Under the pieces are notes generated by a model, which worked only from the letters and a program-made list of their open reading frames with translations, had not been told where the DNA came from and made no database searches. This document shows, piece by piece, positions 33,953-46,000 of a stretch of DNA of 64,000 nt. Position 1 is the stretch's first letter. Each line of letters opens with the position of its first letter. Source of the stretch: Histomonas meleagridis 2922-C6/04-290x (Eukaryota; Protista; Parabasalia); assembly GCA_020184695.1 (NCBI GenBank), contig JAANOX010000042.1, positions 330,766 to 394,765 on the forward strand, written 5' to 3'. The position numbers and the translations under genes were made by a program.

Positions 33953-34742
33953 TCATTTTACTGCTCAAGAAAATTTTCTTGTTTGTTTGTTAATACAAAA
34001 CCGTAATTTGCTTTCAAATAAAAGATGAATTGAATAGCTTCACAATATTGTGTGGGAAACGATCTCTTGTACTGAAAAATTCAGTGAGACGATAAACATT
34101 TTGTTCAAATTTCTCTTCGAATAAAAAAATATTTTTGAAAACGCAATACACAAAGAAGAAGCAAAAACAGTAAACAATAAATTGTTTGAAAACTTTAATA
34201 GTTAGTAAACAAGGTTAATAAGATATATGAAATTGCTCATTTGAAAAACAAAAATTATCCCAAAATTTCAATTATTTTGGGTTTTCATTTTCAAACAGAA
34301 TACATGTAATTTAAAATTAGTAGTAGAACTTACTAAATAGTACTTATTTTTGATCTTAATGATTAATTTGAAGAATGTAGAACCCAAAAGTGATTGCTTT
34401 ACAAAGTTATATATTAGGTTCTAAGCATAGTGCAGTTAACACAATAGTTAATATCAAAATGAAAATATAGGTTGAGATTAAATTTTAAGCAAACATTAAA
34501 ATTTAGGCAGATATTTGTGTCTGAGGTGCAGTAGTTGTGATTGCACATAGTTTTCAATAAAGAATATAAATCATTATTAGAATAATAAAAGATTGAGTTT
34601 TTATATGACGCTGGTACAAAAACTTTCTTTAATACTTGAAGCAAGAAGGGCGTTTCTTACATGAATTTATTATATATTTAAAACGAAATATTTCGTGGAA
34701 GAGATTTCATTTTTTTTCTGGAATATATATAAACGGCCGCCA

Positions 34743-35765
34743 ATGTCGAAAGGACGAGCGATCCAGAGACCAAACCCTCAATACAAAATAGAAACTGTTA
34801 GTAAAGTCTACAGCGATGTCAACCAAAAGCTCGGCCCAGAATGGTGGGACTCCGAACATTGGGAAATTCCTGTTTCATCACCAGATGAGTATGAAATTTC
34901 AGAATGGATAGGCAGTGGTAAATACAGCGATGTTTTTATTGGCTATAAAGGAGATGATATGGTAGCCATGAAAGTAATGAAACCAGTTCGTTCCCAAAAA
35001 TACAATCGTGAAGCCAAAATTTTACTTAATATCAATGGTGGCCCAAATATTGTTCGTCTCTTTGATATTGTTCAAAACCCTTCGACCAGACAATTTACAT
35101 TTATTTTTGAGTATGTTGATAATGTTGAACTTAATGAACTTCTCCAGTCATTTACAGACCATGAAGTGAAATTCTATCTCTTTAACATCATGAAAGCACT
35201 TCAATATGCTCATTCCCATGGTATTATGCATCGAGATGTCAAACCCCAAAACGTAATGTATGATCGACAAAATAAAAAACTTCGTCTTATTGATTGGGGG
35301 CTTGCCGAATTTTATCATCCCGGGTCAAAATATAACATTCATGTTGCATCTCGTCATTTTAAGTCGATTGAACTTTTGGTCGATTATCAATATTATGATT
35401 ATTCGATTGATATTTGGAGTTTTGGAGTCACTATGGCCAGCATTGTCTTTAAAAAGATGCCATTTTTTAAAGGATCAGATGACTTTGATATGGTTACGAA
35501 AATTGTATCAGTTTTAGGAGTCGACTCATTTAATAAATATATTAATAAATATGGAATAGAACTTCCGCCAGACATGGAAATACCGCAAACAAGGGGCAAA
35601 AAATGGTCATCTTTCATCCCAAAAAATTGCGAACATTTGGCGTCGAACGAGGCGCTGGATTTGATCGCAAAGTGTTTGAGATTCGATCACGAAGAGAGAA
35701 TCACGGCAGACGAGGCACTAAATCATCCTTATTTCGATGAGGTGAGAAATGAGGTCGCTTTATAA
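34743..35765 (+). CDS. CSNK2A: casein kinase II alpha subunit
   Basis: First ATG at 34743. Motifs IGSGKYSDVF, HRDVKPQN, LIDWGLAEFYHPG and VASRHFKSIELL. Confidence 0.92.
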   Translation: MSKGRAIQRPNPQYKIETVSKVYSDVNQKLGPEWWDSEHWEIPVSSPDEYEISEWIGSGKYSDVFIGYKGDDMVAMKVMKPVRSQKYNREAKILLNINGGPNIVRLFDIVQNPSTRQFTFIFEYVDNVELNELLQSFTDHEVKFYLFNIMKALQYAHSHGIMHRDVKPQNVMYDRQNKKLRLIDWGLAEFYHPGSKYNIHVASRHFKSIELLVDYQYYDYSIDIWSFGVTMASIVFKKMPFFKGSDDFDMVTKIVSVLGVDSFNKYINKYGIELPPDMEIPQTRGKKWSSFIPKNCEHLASNEALDLIAKCLRFDHEERITADEALNHPYFDEVRNEVAL

Positions 35766-35984
35766 GAAGTTGTTTCTTAACATAATAAAGCTTTTGATTT
35801 TTTTTTTCTTGTTTTCGATTTTTAATTAGTTATTCTTAGCTGTTTGTATCGAAGAATTTTTTTTAATTTTTGGACAGAAAATTTTATTTCTCTCAAAATT
35901 CATTTTTATTAATTTATTAATGAAACACAAATTTGTTGGTACTTCTTAATTGATATTTTAATTAGTGATAGTTTAGATTTTTAT

Positions 35985-36449
35985 AATAAAACAAATAAAA
36001 ATTTTTGATAATGATATCAATTCCTTTTTGCTCAAGAAGTAGCTTAGCTATTTTTGTATGAACTCTTTCAGATGCTAAAATATGTACCGTTCTAAATAAT
36101 TTGAAGAATTTCCAAATATTATTTAGAAATATTAAAATAAATCAAAAATAAAACAAATAAATATTTTAGGTATTAACATCAATTCCTTCTTGTTCACGAA
36201 GTAATTTAACTATTTCTATATGACCGTGTTTAGATGCGTACATAAGTGCTGTCCAAAATAATTTAAATAATTTCCAAATATTATTTTGAAATGCCAAATT
36301 ATTATAATAAACTTTAAATAAAACAAATAAATGTTTTTGGCATTAATATCTATTCCTTTATGTTCAAGAAGTAATTTAACAATTTCTGTATAACCTTTTA
36401 AAGATGCAATCATAAGTGCTGTATTAAATAATTTCCAAATATTATTTTG
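35985..36449 (-). pseudogene. decaying array of three ankyrin blocks with the same inserts
   Basis: Blocks at 36422-36333, 36252-36163 (in-frame TAA) and 36090-36001 (eroded motif). Inserts are 80 and 72 nt. There is no start codon or N-terminal domain. Confidence 0.85.
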
Positions 36450-36699
36450 CAATCCAAAATCTTGCTGTTATTTTTCAGTCAACTGCCTTTTTTGTGGAAA
36501 GCCATCCTGTTGCTGCCAGACGCCATACTTTCGATGTACGAGTGAAGAATATGGATGTTGCTGCTGTCCTGATCCATCAGAAGAATCCAATGAAAGAGCT
36601 AATAAACGGATGTCAAATGGTGCTTCTGTTATAACTATTCCAACAGATCCAATGAACAATTATAATAATCCTTATTTTAATGAAGAACAAGCATACTAA
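36448..36699 (+). pseudogene. 5'-truncated Cys-rich coding fragment
   Basis: Open frame CNPKSCCYFSVNCLFCGKPSCCCQTPYFRCTSEEYGCCCCPDPSEES...EEQAY-stop, with no ATG before the Cys-rich part. It abuts the ankyrin-insert sequence. Confidence 0.55.
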
Positions 36700-36792
36700 G
36701 GATCACAGTACTATCCACAAGTAACTAGTGATATGCTTGAAGATAACTTAATGCCGAATTAAGCATTAACAAAATACAAAAAGAAATGTATA

Positions 36793-37141
36793 TAGACTGC
36801 CGTGAAAAAGCTGTAGACCAACAACAAAATTGTAAATAAATCATAAATTTTTATAGAGTTTGTTCGCAAATAGAAATTTTAACATATGTTCATTCACAAA
36901 AACATGAATTAATTAAAACGGGAACTACATTTGATCGTTTTTAACAGAAATACCATTCAAAAAATTGTATTTTTGTGCTAACGTTCTCCATAGTGAAGTG
37001 AGTGAAAAAAAGGAATCACAAAATTAAGACAAAAAAAATTTGTTGGGTATATATTGCTAAATATGTTCTCTGTGGATAATGCTACAGTGTAGGCATAGGA
37101 TATAATAAGGTGTTGGTCTACAGGTTTTTCATTGCAGTCTA
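36793..37141. mobile_element. MITE-like non-autonomous element (~350 bp)
   Basis: Inverted repeats at 36791-36823 and 37111-37143 (33 bp, 3 mismatches) whose outer TA fits a Tc1/mariner-type TSD. Non-coding interior. Confidence 0.7.
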
Positions 37142-37534
37142 TAGTCAATAATTTGTGCTGTTTACGTTTCAAATGATTATTAATAATCGCTTTTTGGAGA
37201 TTTGAAGTTGTAACCCATCCATAACTCCCTCAAAATGACTGTTTTCAGGATAATATTTTTAATAAAGGTGAATTGACGGCATGAGTTATTCTTGGTTGCT
37301 TCAAAGCACAAAAAGAGTTTTATAAAGCATAAATAATCCATGTGAAATTTTATTATAAATTCTTTTGAATGGAATGTTTCAAATTGCTTATCGAAAATCA
37401 GATAAAATACAAAGATTATGTTTTATATTATCTGTTCGCTTATAGGTTTCATATCATTCCTAATAAAACTATTCAAACAATCTAAAAAAAATAATTATTT
37501 TGTTATAATTTTATTCATACATTACAAAAAGTTC

Positions 37535-39127
37535 TTAATTAACTCTTTTGATTTTTTGGAGATCAAACGAGTTATTAAGTAAGAATATTATGTCTTGGTA
37601 ATTCTGATCACACTGATGCACAGTTGCCTTTTTTAATCTATTAAAATATCTTTGCATCAGCACAGTATCATGGAACTTTTCCGCTATTGCCTCTTTTTGC
37701 TTTGGCACCACATAAGTAGCATTATAAAAAGCACAAAAATATCTCTTCAAAGTTATTTTTCGATAATATTCATTTGCTTTTATGTTATTCATTTGAATAT
37801 AATTTCTCCATTCATTAAAAACATTTTGTTGAATTTTATGTCTTCGAAATATTATCGCTTTCATATTATTTCTTCTGATACAAATAATTGTTCTTTTATG
37901 CCATGTTTTGAATGTCCAACGCTTTAAACACTTATTCACAACTTTAGATTTTATATAATTAATTTCATTTCGCTCAACATAATTTTCCCATTCGATTTTC
38001 CATTTCGAAAAACAACGAGAAAGTTTAAGTGATGAACATATCATTATACATTCGCTTTTTTGTCGACTTCTTTGGACATAAAGTCTCCAAATATTAAAAT
38101 ATGTTTTTTTAGTTTCCATTTCTTTGATTAGAATAAACTCTTTAAAAATAACAAAAAATTGTTTTTGTAGTATTATTTCGCGTTTGTGTATTAGTTCATC
38201 ATATTTCATTTTCATTTTGACAATGAATTCCCAGCGATGAATTAACTTTTGTTCTCTTTTCCGCAAAATGATTTTATATTTTCGTTTCATTTTGTTAAAT
38301 GTTTTCATTAGAATTCGAAAGTTTTGGTTTTTCATTATTGTCGATGCTGATATAGTTAAAATTCGTTCTTTATCGAATTGTTCTTTCCATTGAACAAAGT
38401 ATCGATTAAGCATTCGTGTGTTCTTTGGAATTTTTCTTGTTCGATGAATAAAAAGTATTTTCCATTGTTCAAATGAAGATGTTAATGAAATCAAATTATG
38501 CGATTGAATAACTTTTAGACGAGATTTATTTAGAATGCGATTACGAAGTTTTTGTTTCCATAAATGAAAAAAATGGCGCTTACAAATACGTTTGGATTTT
38601 TGGGAAGCGCGAAAAAAAAGTTTTTGATTGTTCATTTGATGGATCCATTGATTGAATGCAATTTCACAAATGTGTTTGTCGATTTTACGTTTAAGACTGC
38701 TTTGAAGGGATGTACATCTCCAATAGTTAATAGCTTTAATAAGTTTGAGTTGAAATTTTTCTTTTTGTGATCTACGAATTTTTGTAAAATTCTTCCAGAT
38801 GTTAAAATTGTACTTAACTATCGAATTTATTTTCGAGTTATATCTATTTTTCCATTTTTTTATTGTGATTTTTAAAATTATAAAATCATATATTATTAAA
38901 TTATTTAAATCTTCTGCTTTTCTTTTTGCCCTTGAAACAGCAATTTGGTTCCATGAATTAAAAGTTTGATATAAAATTGAATTATGATCAACAAATTTAT
39001 TTCCGCATTGATAATATGAAAATCCGCCAAAATTAATTAAAATAGGTAAGCAATCATTCTCCTTTTGTAATAAATCGGAACAAAATGATTCCCAGTCATT
39101 AATATCTACGGATTCGCCATTTTCCAT
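37535..39127 (-). CDS. Sfi1-like (centrin-binding-repeat) protein
   Basis: Recurrent F-x-x-W-K/R repeats in a basic helical protein. Confidence 0.6.
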   Translation of the reverse strand: MENGESVDINDWESFCSDLLQKENDCLPILINFGGFSYYQCGNKFVDHNSILYQTFNSWNQIAVSRAKRKAEDLNNLIIYDFIILKITIKKWKNRYNSKINSIVKYNFNIWKNFTKIRRSQKEKFQLKLIKAINYWRCTSLQSSLKRKIDKHICEIAFNQWIHQMNNQKLFFRASQKSKRICKRHFFHLWKQKLRNRILNKSRLKVIQSHNLISLTSSFEQWKILFIHRTRKIPKNTRMLNRYFVQWKEQFDKERILTISASTIMKNQNFRILMKTFNKMKRKYKIILRKREQKLIHRWEFIVKMKMKYDELIHKREIILQKQFFVIFKEFILIKEMETKKTYFNIWRLYVQRSRQKSECIMICSSLKLSRCFSKWKIEWENYVERNEINYIKSKVVNKCLKRWTFKTWHKRTIICIRRNNMKAIIFRRHKIQQNVFNEWRNYIQMNNIKANEYYRKITLKRYFCAFYNATYVVPKQKEAIAEKFHDTVLMQRYFNRLKKATVHQCDQNYQDIIFLLNNSFDLQKIKRVN

Positions 39128-39583
39128 TAATTTTGTACGTTTAAAAAATCTTCGATTTTATTGTTTATAATAAGATAAATAAAAAAAAAAAAAAGAAAAA
39201 AAATGAGTTTTACGAACAACATTTGCCACTTGCAAAGGTGTGTCCCATGATATAAGACCTGTATTAATTATTTAGAAGATCAATGAATTAAAATCTTATC
39301 ATAATGTTTTTGATTTAGTTCCAACGTATACTTTTTAATGCGAAGATATTAGTGATCATATTTTCGAAGCAAAGTCATTGCGATTTACTTATTATATTTG
39401 AAATTTTTTATATTCATTTTCTGTTAAATATTACATTTTTGCAATCTTAAAAGTAGTAGCTAGGAAGCATAGGCTCACATTAAAGAGGAGGGGTCATTTC
39501 ACTCATTTTTGAGGAAATATTTTTGAATTCGCCTGTATTTTTTTTTTGTGTTGAAATTGCGGTTAAAGACAGTTTGAGCTAAA

Positions 39584-40192
39584 ATGGCATACAAAGACGA
39601 AGGAAAGGCTTCTTTAAAAGTCATTTTAGTTGGTTCCTCTGGCGTCGGAAAAACGTCACTTATTAGTGCATTTTTTGATAACCCGTTTGAAAACCAAGAA
39701 TTATCAACAGTTGCTCCAGCTTCATGTACTGCAACAATCACATTAGATGATGGTGCTAAGGTCAACCTTCAAATATGGGATACAGCAGGGCAAGAAAAGT
39801 TCCAATCTATTTCTCAAATGTTTTATCGTGATTCAAACGTTGCTTTTGTATGTTATGATCACGAGCGGGACAACACAATTGAAGAGTGGGTCAATAGAGT
39901 AAGAAACAGTGTTCCTGAATGTAAGATTTTTTTGGTTACAACAAAATCAGATTTACTTACACAAGAACAACAAACCGAATGCGTTGAAAAAGGAAACGAA
40001 TATCTCCAACGATATGGTGCTTGTATACATCTTTTAACTTCAGCATGTTCTGGTTTTGGTGTTAAAGAACTTTTTCAAGAAGCCGCAAAATATTATAACG
40101 AAATCAACTCGACAGTAACTGAGAAAAAAAACACTATTGATATCAATGATAAAAATAATAACCAAGGGGCCGGTGGTAAAAAGTGTTGCTAG
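39584..40192 (+). CDS. Rab-family small GTPase
   Basis: GSSGVGKTS, WDTAGQEKF, TKSDL, TSAC and a C-terminal CC. Confidence 0.93.
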   Translation: MAYKDEGKASLKVILVGSSGVGKTSLISAFFDNPFENQELSTVAPASCTATITLDDGAKVNLQIWDTAGQEKFQSISQMFYRDSNVAFVCYDHERDNTIEEWVNRVRNSVPECKIFLVTTKSDLLTQEQQTECVEKGNEYLQRYGACIHLLTSACSGFGVKELFQEAAKYYNEINSTVTEKKNTIDINDKNNNQGAGGKKCC

Positions 40193-41075
40193 TAAACATT
40201 TTTGTCCAATTTCTTTGTTTATTTAATTCATCAATTTTTGGATTAATGCAAAATGTGTTTGGCACATTAAAAGAGCAGAACGCCAAAGCGATTGAGTAAT
40301 TGGAAATGAATAACCATTTTTTGTATGTTTTCATTTGGCGTTAATATCATAGTTGATAATATGTAACAAGAAAAAAGAAAAAAGTTTTAAATGAACAATA
40401 GTATCAATAGTAAAGAAAGTCAATTTAAATATTTCATCACAAAAATATATGTGATATCTATATAAGCAATGGTAGAAACATAAAATTATTATTATAAACA
40501 ACAGTTCTAACAAACTTCGGAAAATTATAAATATATTACAGATGTAGGAAACATGTTTTATATCATCACCGCTTTTTATACTAACTGTAAGCATATACAT
40601 CAATTTAAAATGAAATAACAAATGCTTTCTTTAAACATTTGATGAAAAATAAATTAATGCTCCTATTAACTCATAAAGATTTTCATTTATAATTATTTCA
40701 TCATTTTCTTTAAATAAATATATTTCATAATTACAAGAAGAAACGCATTTTTTAACTAAATAATTAATATTTTAAAAATATTTATTTAAGTCATAATATA
40801 TATTATAATGAAGTATAATTAAAAGAACTTAGTGTGAACTGTATTAACTACTCTATATTTATATTATTTAACTTGCCAATGGTGTTTTGAGTTGGCACAA
40901 AGCCATGAAGGCATTTTTCTTATTCTACATTAGCTGATATCTGTGCCATTTGTGAAATATCTATTTTCTGCCTGAAAGTGTTGATACACATTCAAAGTTT
41001 TATCAAAAGTGGGATTCTTGACGGTTATATTCTTTGCACCCACCTCAAAAACCGTCGTTTGACGTCAAGCATTTA

Positions 41076-42386
41076 ATGCTCTATCAGAACTCAGTCATCA
41101 ACGAAATTCAAAGCATAGTTCAAAACCCATCAACGCGGCTTGACGACGTCCTTTCAATTGATTACATTCCTAAAGCTGTTTTAACAAAATATCCTCCATT
41201 AATCAAATATCTTCAAAAAAATTCCAAAACTCTTTTAAAACTTGCTCTCTCCGAAGAAGAAAGCAAGGTTTCTATTATTTCTTATTCAATTTTATTATCA
41301 AATAATCCAGATATTCTTGGTGCAATGTTTGACAACTATTATTACCGTGACTTGGTTTCTAGCTTGCTATCTAATGCCACAACTTCAGATGTTGTAATTG
41401 GTCGTATTGCATCGATCACTTTATCATGTTTTATTGCGTTTCCTGAAGTAGCATTTGAGAACTTCGGTTTTATTTATCGGCTTCTTCAGCATTGCGACAA
41501 CTCTGCAGTTTTTAATTTATTTCAAACCATATGTTCTGCTGAACCACGTTTTACAAATGCCCATGTTTGGCTTGATCAAATTGGTCTTTCTGAGTATATT
41601 CTTCGTGAGTTTAACTCTGCTGATTATTCATATGTACCAACCGATCCCAATTTTCTTAAAGATAAGAAATTTGTAAATCTTTTTTGTCTTTACAAACTTT
41701 CTTCCACATGTTCCGAAAACTCCACCCTTCGTAGCTCCTTCGAGACCGAGTCTTTTGTCCTTGTTCTTGCTAAAGAGCCAACTTTTTCGCCTACTCTTCT
41801 TCTTAACTCTAAGTGGAAGACCGTTAACGCGCTCACTTCCTCTGTCACTTCACAATTCATGTATCAACATCTATATGAGAAAGCCATTAACATTATCATT
41901 GAACCCTTTGAACATTTATGTGAATATCATGTTAGTATTATTGAGTTTATTAGTAAGATGATGCGTTTATATCCACAAACGCTTGAAACCATCAAACAAA
42001 AATCAATTTTACAAATCATTATAAGCATTTTCTTGAAGTTCCGCGATTCAACATTACTTCATGACTCAATAATCGACTTCATTAAAACGGGCCTCGAAGA
42101 TAACGAATTTTCGGTGCAAATCACATTAAACCTTCTTCAGCTAATGATCGATTACGCAAACGATCGAACAAATCGAATTTTCAGCTGCTTTTGCTTTAGA
42201 GTCATCGACACTTTCATCGAAAAGGCAAAAAGCTCAAAGGAAATTAAGGAAATACTCAACGAAACGCCCGAATACACAAACTTCGTAAGGAACTCGCTGG
42301 CGCCGAGGAAGAAGTTGATGGAAACACCGTACGGAGTGGAGCCAGTCGGCGGTAAGTTCCTGGAGACACTCAAGAGCTTGTTCTGA
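41076..42386 (+). CDS. helical-repeat protein, possibly SAPS/PP6-regulator-like
   Basis: First ATG at 41076. The N-terminal RLDDVLSID..PLIKYL pattern resembles SAPS proteins; tentative. Confidence 0.6.
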   Translation: MLYQNSVINEIQSIVQNPSTRLDDVLSIDYIPKAVLTKYPPLIKYLQKNSKTLLKLALSEEESKVSIISYSILLSNNPDILGAMFDNYYYRDLVSSLLSNATTSDVVIGRIASITLSCFIAFPEVAFENFGFIYRLLQHCDNSAVFNLFQTICSAEPRFTNAHVWLDQIGLSEYILREFNSADYSYVPTDPNFLKDKKFVNLFCLYKLSSTCSENSTLRSSFETESFVLVLAKEPTFSPTLLLNSKWKTVNALTSSVTSQFMYQHLYEKAINIIIEPFEHLCEYHVSIIEFISKMMRLYPQTLETIKQKSILQIIISIFLKFRDSTLLHDSIIDFIKTGLEDNEFSVQITLNLLQLMIDYANDRTNRIFSCFCFRVIDTFIEKAKSSKEIKEILNETPEYTNFVRNSLAPRKKLMETPYGVEPVGGKFLETLKSLF

Positions 42387-43036
42387 GTTGTTGTATTTTT
42401 AGTGATGGTTATAAATAAAAAATATTTATACGCTGAAACATCGAATTATGCGTTTTTAAGGTTAAAATTATATTTTTATTAATGATAAATGTAAATTAAA
42501 ATATAAAACGACCAAAGAGGATAACAAATTATTTTTTGATAGATAAAAATTTTCATTCTTTTACTTAAATTTAAAAACATATATTTTCTTCATTTATGGG
42601 TAATATTTAATATGAGAAATTATCTAATTAAAAATATTAAATATATAAATAAAATCATTAATACTTTGCTGTTTATAATATTCTTTTAAATTTTATTGAA
42701 TACCAAGTTATTATTCATTAAATATAATTTATTAAGAATCCATGAAAAACTGTATATCTCACGATAGACTGTCTACCGTGATAAGAATGTCTTGTAAAGA
42801 GGAATATTTGCGACAGATATATCAAAATAACATCATTAATAAATGTTAATTAATATCATTGTGTTTCACTCACTTTTTTGAACAGTCTATCATTTAAGAT
42901 AATTATCATTTTAGTGCAAATGTAAAAATTAATATCTTCTTGTGCAGGATCATTATATATTTCTCATACATTTCTCCGTATTTATATTAAAGTTTCTCTG
43001 CTTCTTTAAACTTCTAAATAATGTAATAAATTTTCT

Positions 43037-46000
43037 TTATAAATCAGATAACTTAATTCTCGGCGCTATTCCCATACTCATCAATTCCTGGAACAGCAGC
43101 TTGCAAGCGTACGGCATTCTGACTGTTTTCATGTATTTCTTCGTTTTGCATTCCTGGCAGAATCCGTCGTATCCAATGAGTCCGCAGTGCTCGCACACCG
43201 ACGCCTCGTACACGTCGCTCGACAGCAGCATTCTCTCGTATATTATACTTGCCGCTCCGTAACCTATCAAACAATCTCTTTCCATTTCGCCCAATCTCAT
43301 TCCTCCTTTTTTAGATCTTCCTTGTGTTGGTTGTCTTGTTAACATTGTCGTTCTTCCTGTTGCTCTTGCTTGTATCTTATCCTTCACCATATGTTTCAAC
43401 GATTGATAAAACACAGGTCCGAAGAATATATACGCTTCGATTGGTTCACCAGTGATACCGCTCATTAATAATTCTTTTCCACTATAACTATAACCTGCTT
43501 CTGCTAAATCATCGAATATATCTTGTACACGATCACTACTAAATGCAGTACCATTACCGAATTTACCTTTGAACAATCCGACTTTACCTGATATTAATTC
43601 GATCATCTTACCAACAGTCATTCTCGAAGGGAAACCATGCGGATTCATAATGATGTCGGGATAAATACCTGTTTCAGTATAAGGCATATCTTCTTGTTCG
43701 ACGATGAGACCTATAGTACCTTTTTGTCCATGTCGTGATGAAAACTTATCACCATATTCAGGGCGTCTAAAGTCTCGAGTTTTGATTGTATATATTGGCC
43801 CGTATTCAGTACTTGCTTGGATTACATTATGGATCATTACTGGATAAGGTTGGTTATATCTTTGACGTGATTCTTTATATTTAACTGTTGATGGGACATA
43901 TTTATTTGCGTATACTTGTCCTTCTTCGATTTCAACACCTGCTTTAACAAGACCATCATCATCTAATAAACATAAGTCTGGTTTCTTACGATCAATTGAA
44001 GGGTCTTCTTGTAATGTAGCAATTCGATCATAACGATCATCATCATAATGTTTTAAGATGATGTCAATCTTGGATAAATAATAACGTCGTCCAAAGCCTC
44101 GATCTAATGATGCTTTGTTCATGACTAAAGCATCTTCAATATCATGTCCTGAATATGACATAATTGCAACCATCGCACTTTGGCCACATGGCATTTCATT
44201 ATATTTGGATAAACGTATAGTACGCGTTTGAACCATAGGTTGTTGTGGATAACATAAGAAATATGACGACTTATCTGTACGATTAAAGATGTTTAATGCA
44301 GAAGGTCCAACTGCTTGTTTACCCATAGCACATTGATATGTATTTCTTGGCGATTGATTATGATGTGGACATGGAATAACACCTGCACATATGCCTAAGA
44401 TTTGTGCATTATCTATTTCCATATGTGTAAAATCATCAGTTTCTAATTGTTGTTCTTCAAATGCAATTAATGTATCATGTTGTTCATTAACGTCAATATA
44501 TTCAATAATTCCTTTATCTAATAATGTTTCAAATGATAATTTGTTATCATGTATTAAATTGATCATTTCTTTTGTTAATTTACTCTTTCGATTCTCAACT
44601 ATAATTAATGGTCGACATACTCTTCCTGCTTCTGTTGATATGAAAATAGCTTTTTTAGGTGGTGAAATCCATATAGCTGTAAATCGATCAAACCAATGAT
44701 GTCTTCGTGCATTTCTAAATCGTTTACATATTGTTTCTGGTTCTGATGTTATTCCTATTGGTTCACCATTTAATAACACTATATAATTCGAAGATATTTC
44801 TTCTCCAGTAAATAAATTAATATCTTCGACACCAATGTTAAATAATGTTCTCTTAACTGACATAGGATCTGAGAAAACTGTTACATGTGCTGTTAATGAA
44901 AAGTTTTTAACAAGTCCACATTGTGCTCCTTCTGGTGTATCTGATGGGCAAATGAAGCCGAATTGTGACGGATATAAAGATCGTGCTCCTGATACTTTTT
45001 GAGTTTTTTCGAAATGTGATGAAATTCGTGTGATCATTGACATGAAGTTTAAATATGATAATCGTGCTAATGGTTGTGATACACCTGCTCTCATCATTTT
45101 AAATCGAGTAATGTTCCAATTGCCTGATGATATTGCTGCATTTAATCCATCTGTGATTAATTTTTGTCGCATAAATGTATTAACTGTTGTAATGTCAGGC
45201 GCTTTCGAACGACTCATATATTTCTTCATTGATTTTTGGATGTTTAAATTAAAAACTTTAAATAAATCTTCAAATAATAAATCAACTAATTCGCCTGCTA
45301 ACTCTAAGCGTTTGTTACCAAAGAAATCGCGTGAGTCACAAATAGTTTTATCTTTTGTAGCTAATAAAAGCCATCGAACCATTAACCCAAAGAAAATTGC
45401 TTTCTTATGAAACTCAGTAAGTGTTGATTGAATATGTGCTGCAAACATCGTACGTAAAAATTCACGAGCTTTATAATTAGGTAATGCTCGTTCTTCTTTG
45501 GTAGCAAATATACCAGTGATTTGTTGATTACGTAATCGTTTATCAATAAATGCTAATGCTTGATCTTGTGTATTAATTTCTAAACGGATACTTTCTTGTA
45601 AACTATTCATTAGTAAATCGGTTATGTTGCCTGTCGGATCAATGATTTGCATTATTTCTTGATCACTAACAACTCCTAAGGCACGAAAAACTATAAAGAC
45701 AGGAAGATCTTCATGTAACATATTATGATGTAATGTAAGTGAGCCTTTCTTCCATAATAATTCAATTCGAGTTTTATGGGTATCTGTTGATGAATTACAT
45801 ACAGCTTGAAAATCATTACCAGTTCGTTCTACTAAGATACGATTATATGGGGCTTGTTCTTGTACTAATACAACACGTTCTGTTCCACGAATGATAAAAT
45901 AACACCCTGGATCATAAGGACATTCATCCATTGAGGCAAATTCTTCATTAGTAGCATTATATAAATGACATCGATTTGAACGTAACATAATTGGTAATTT

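Noticed and set aside
40143-40621. AT-rich ORFs 40143-40334 and 40331-40621 (also 34414-34644 and 50019-50241)
   Set aside because: Composition is typical of intergenic DNA and no motifs were recognised.
40870-40995. GC-elevated intergenic patch with small hairpins, possible H/ACA snoRNA
   Set aside because: No properly placed H box or convincing two-hairpin structure; a covariance search would be needed.
42760-42780. Imperfect palindrome CACGATAGACTGTCTACCGTG resembling fused MITE ends
   Set aside because: Too short to support an excision footprint.
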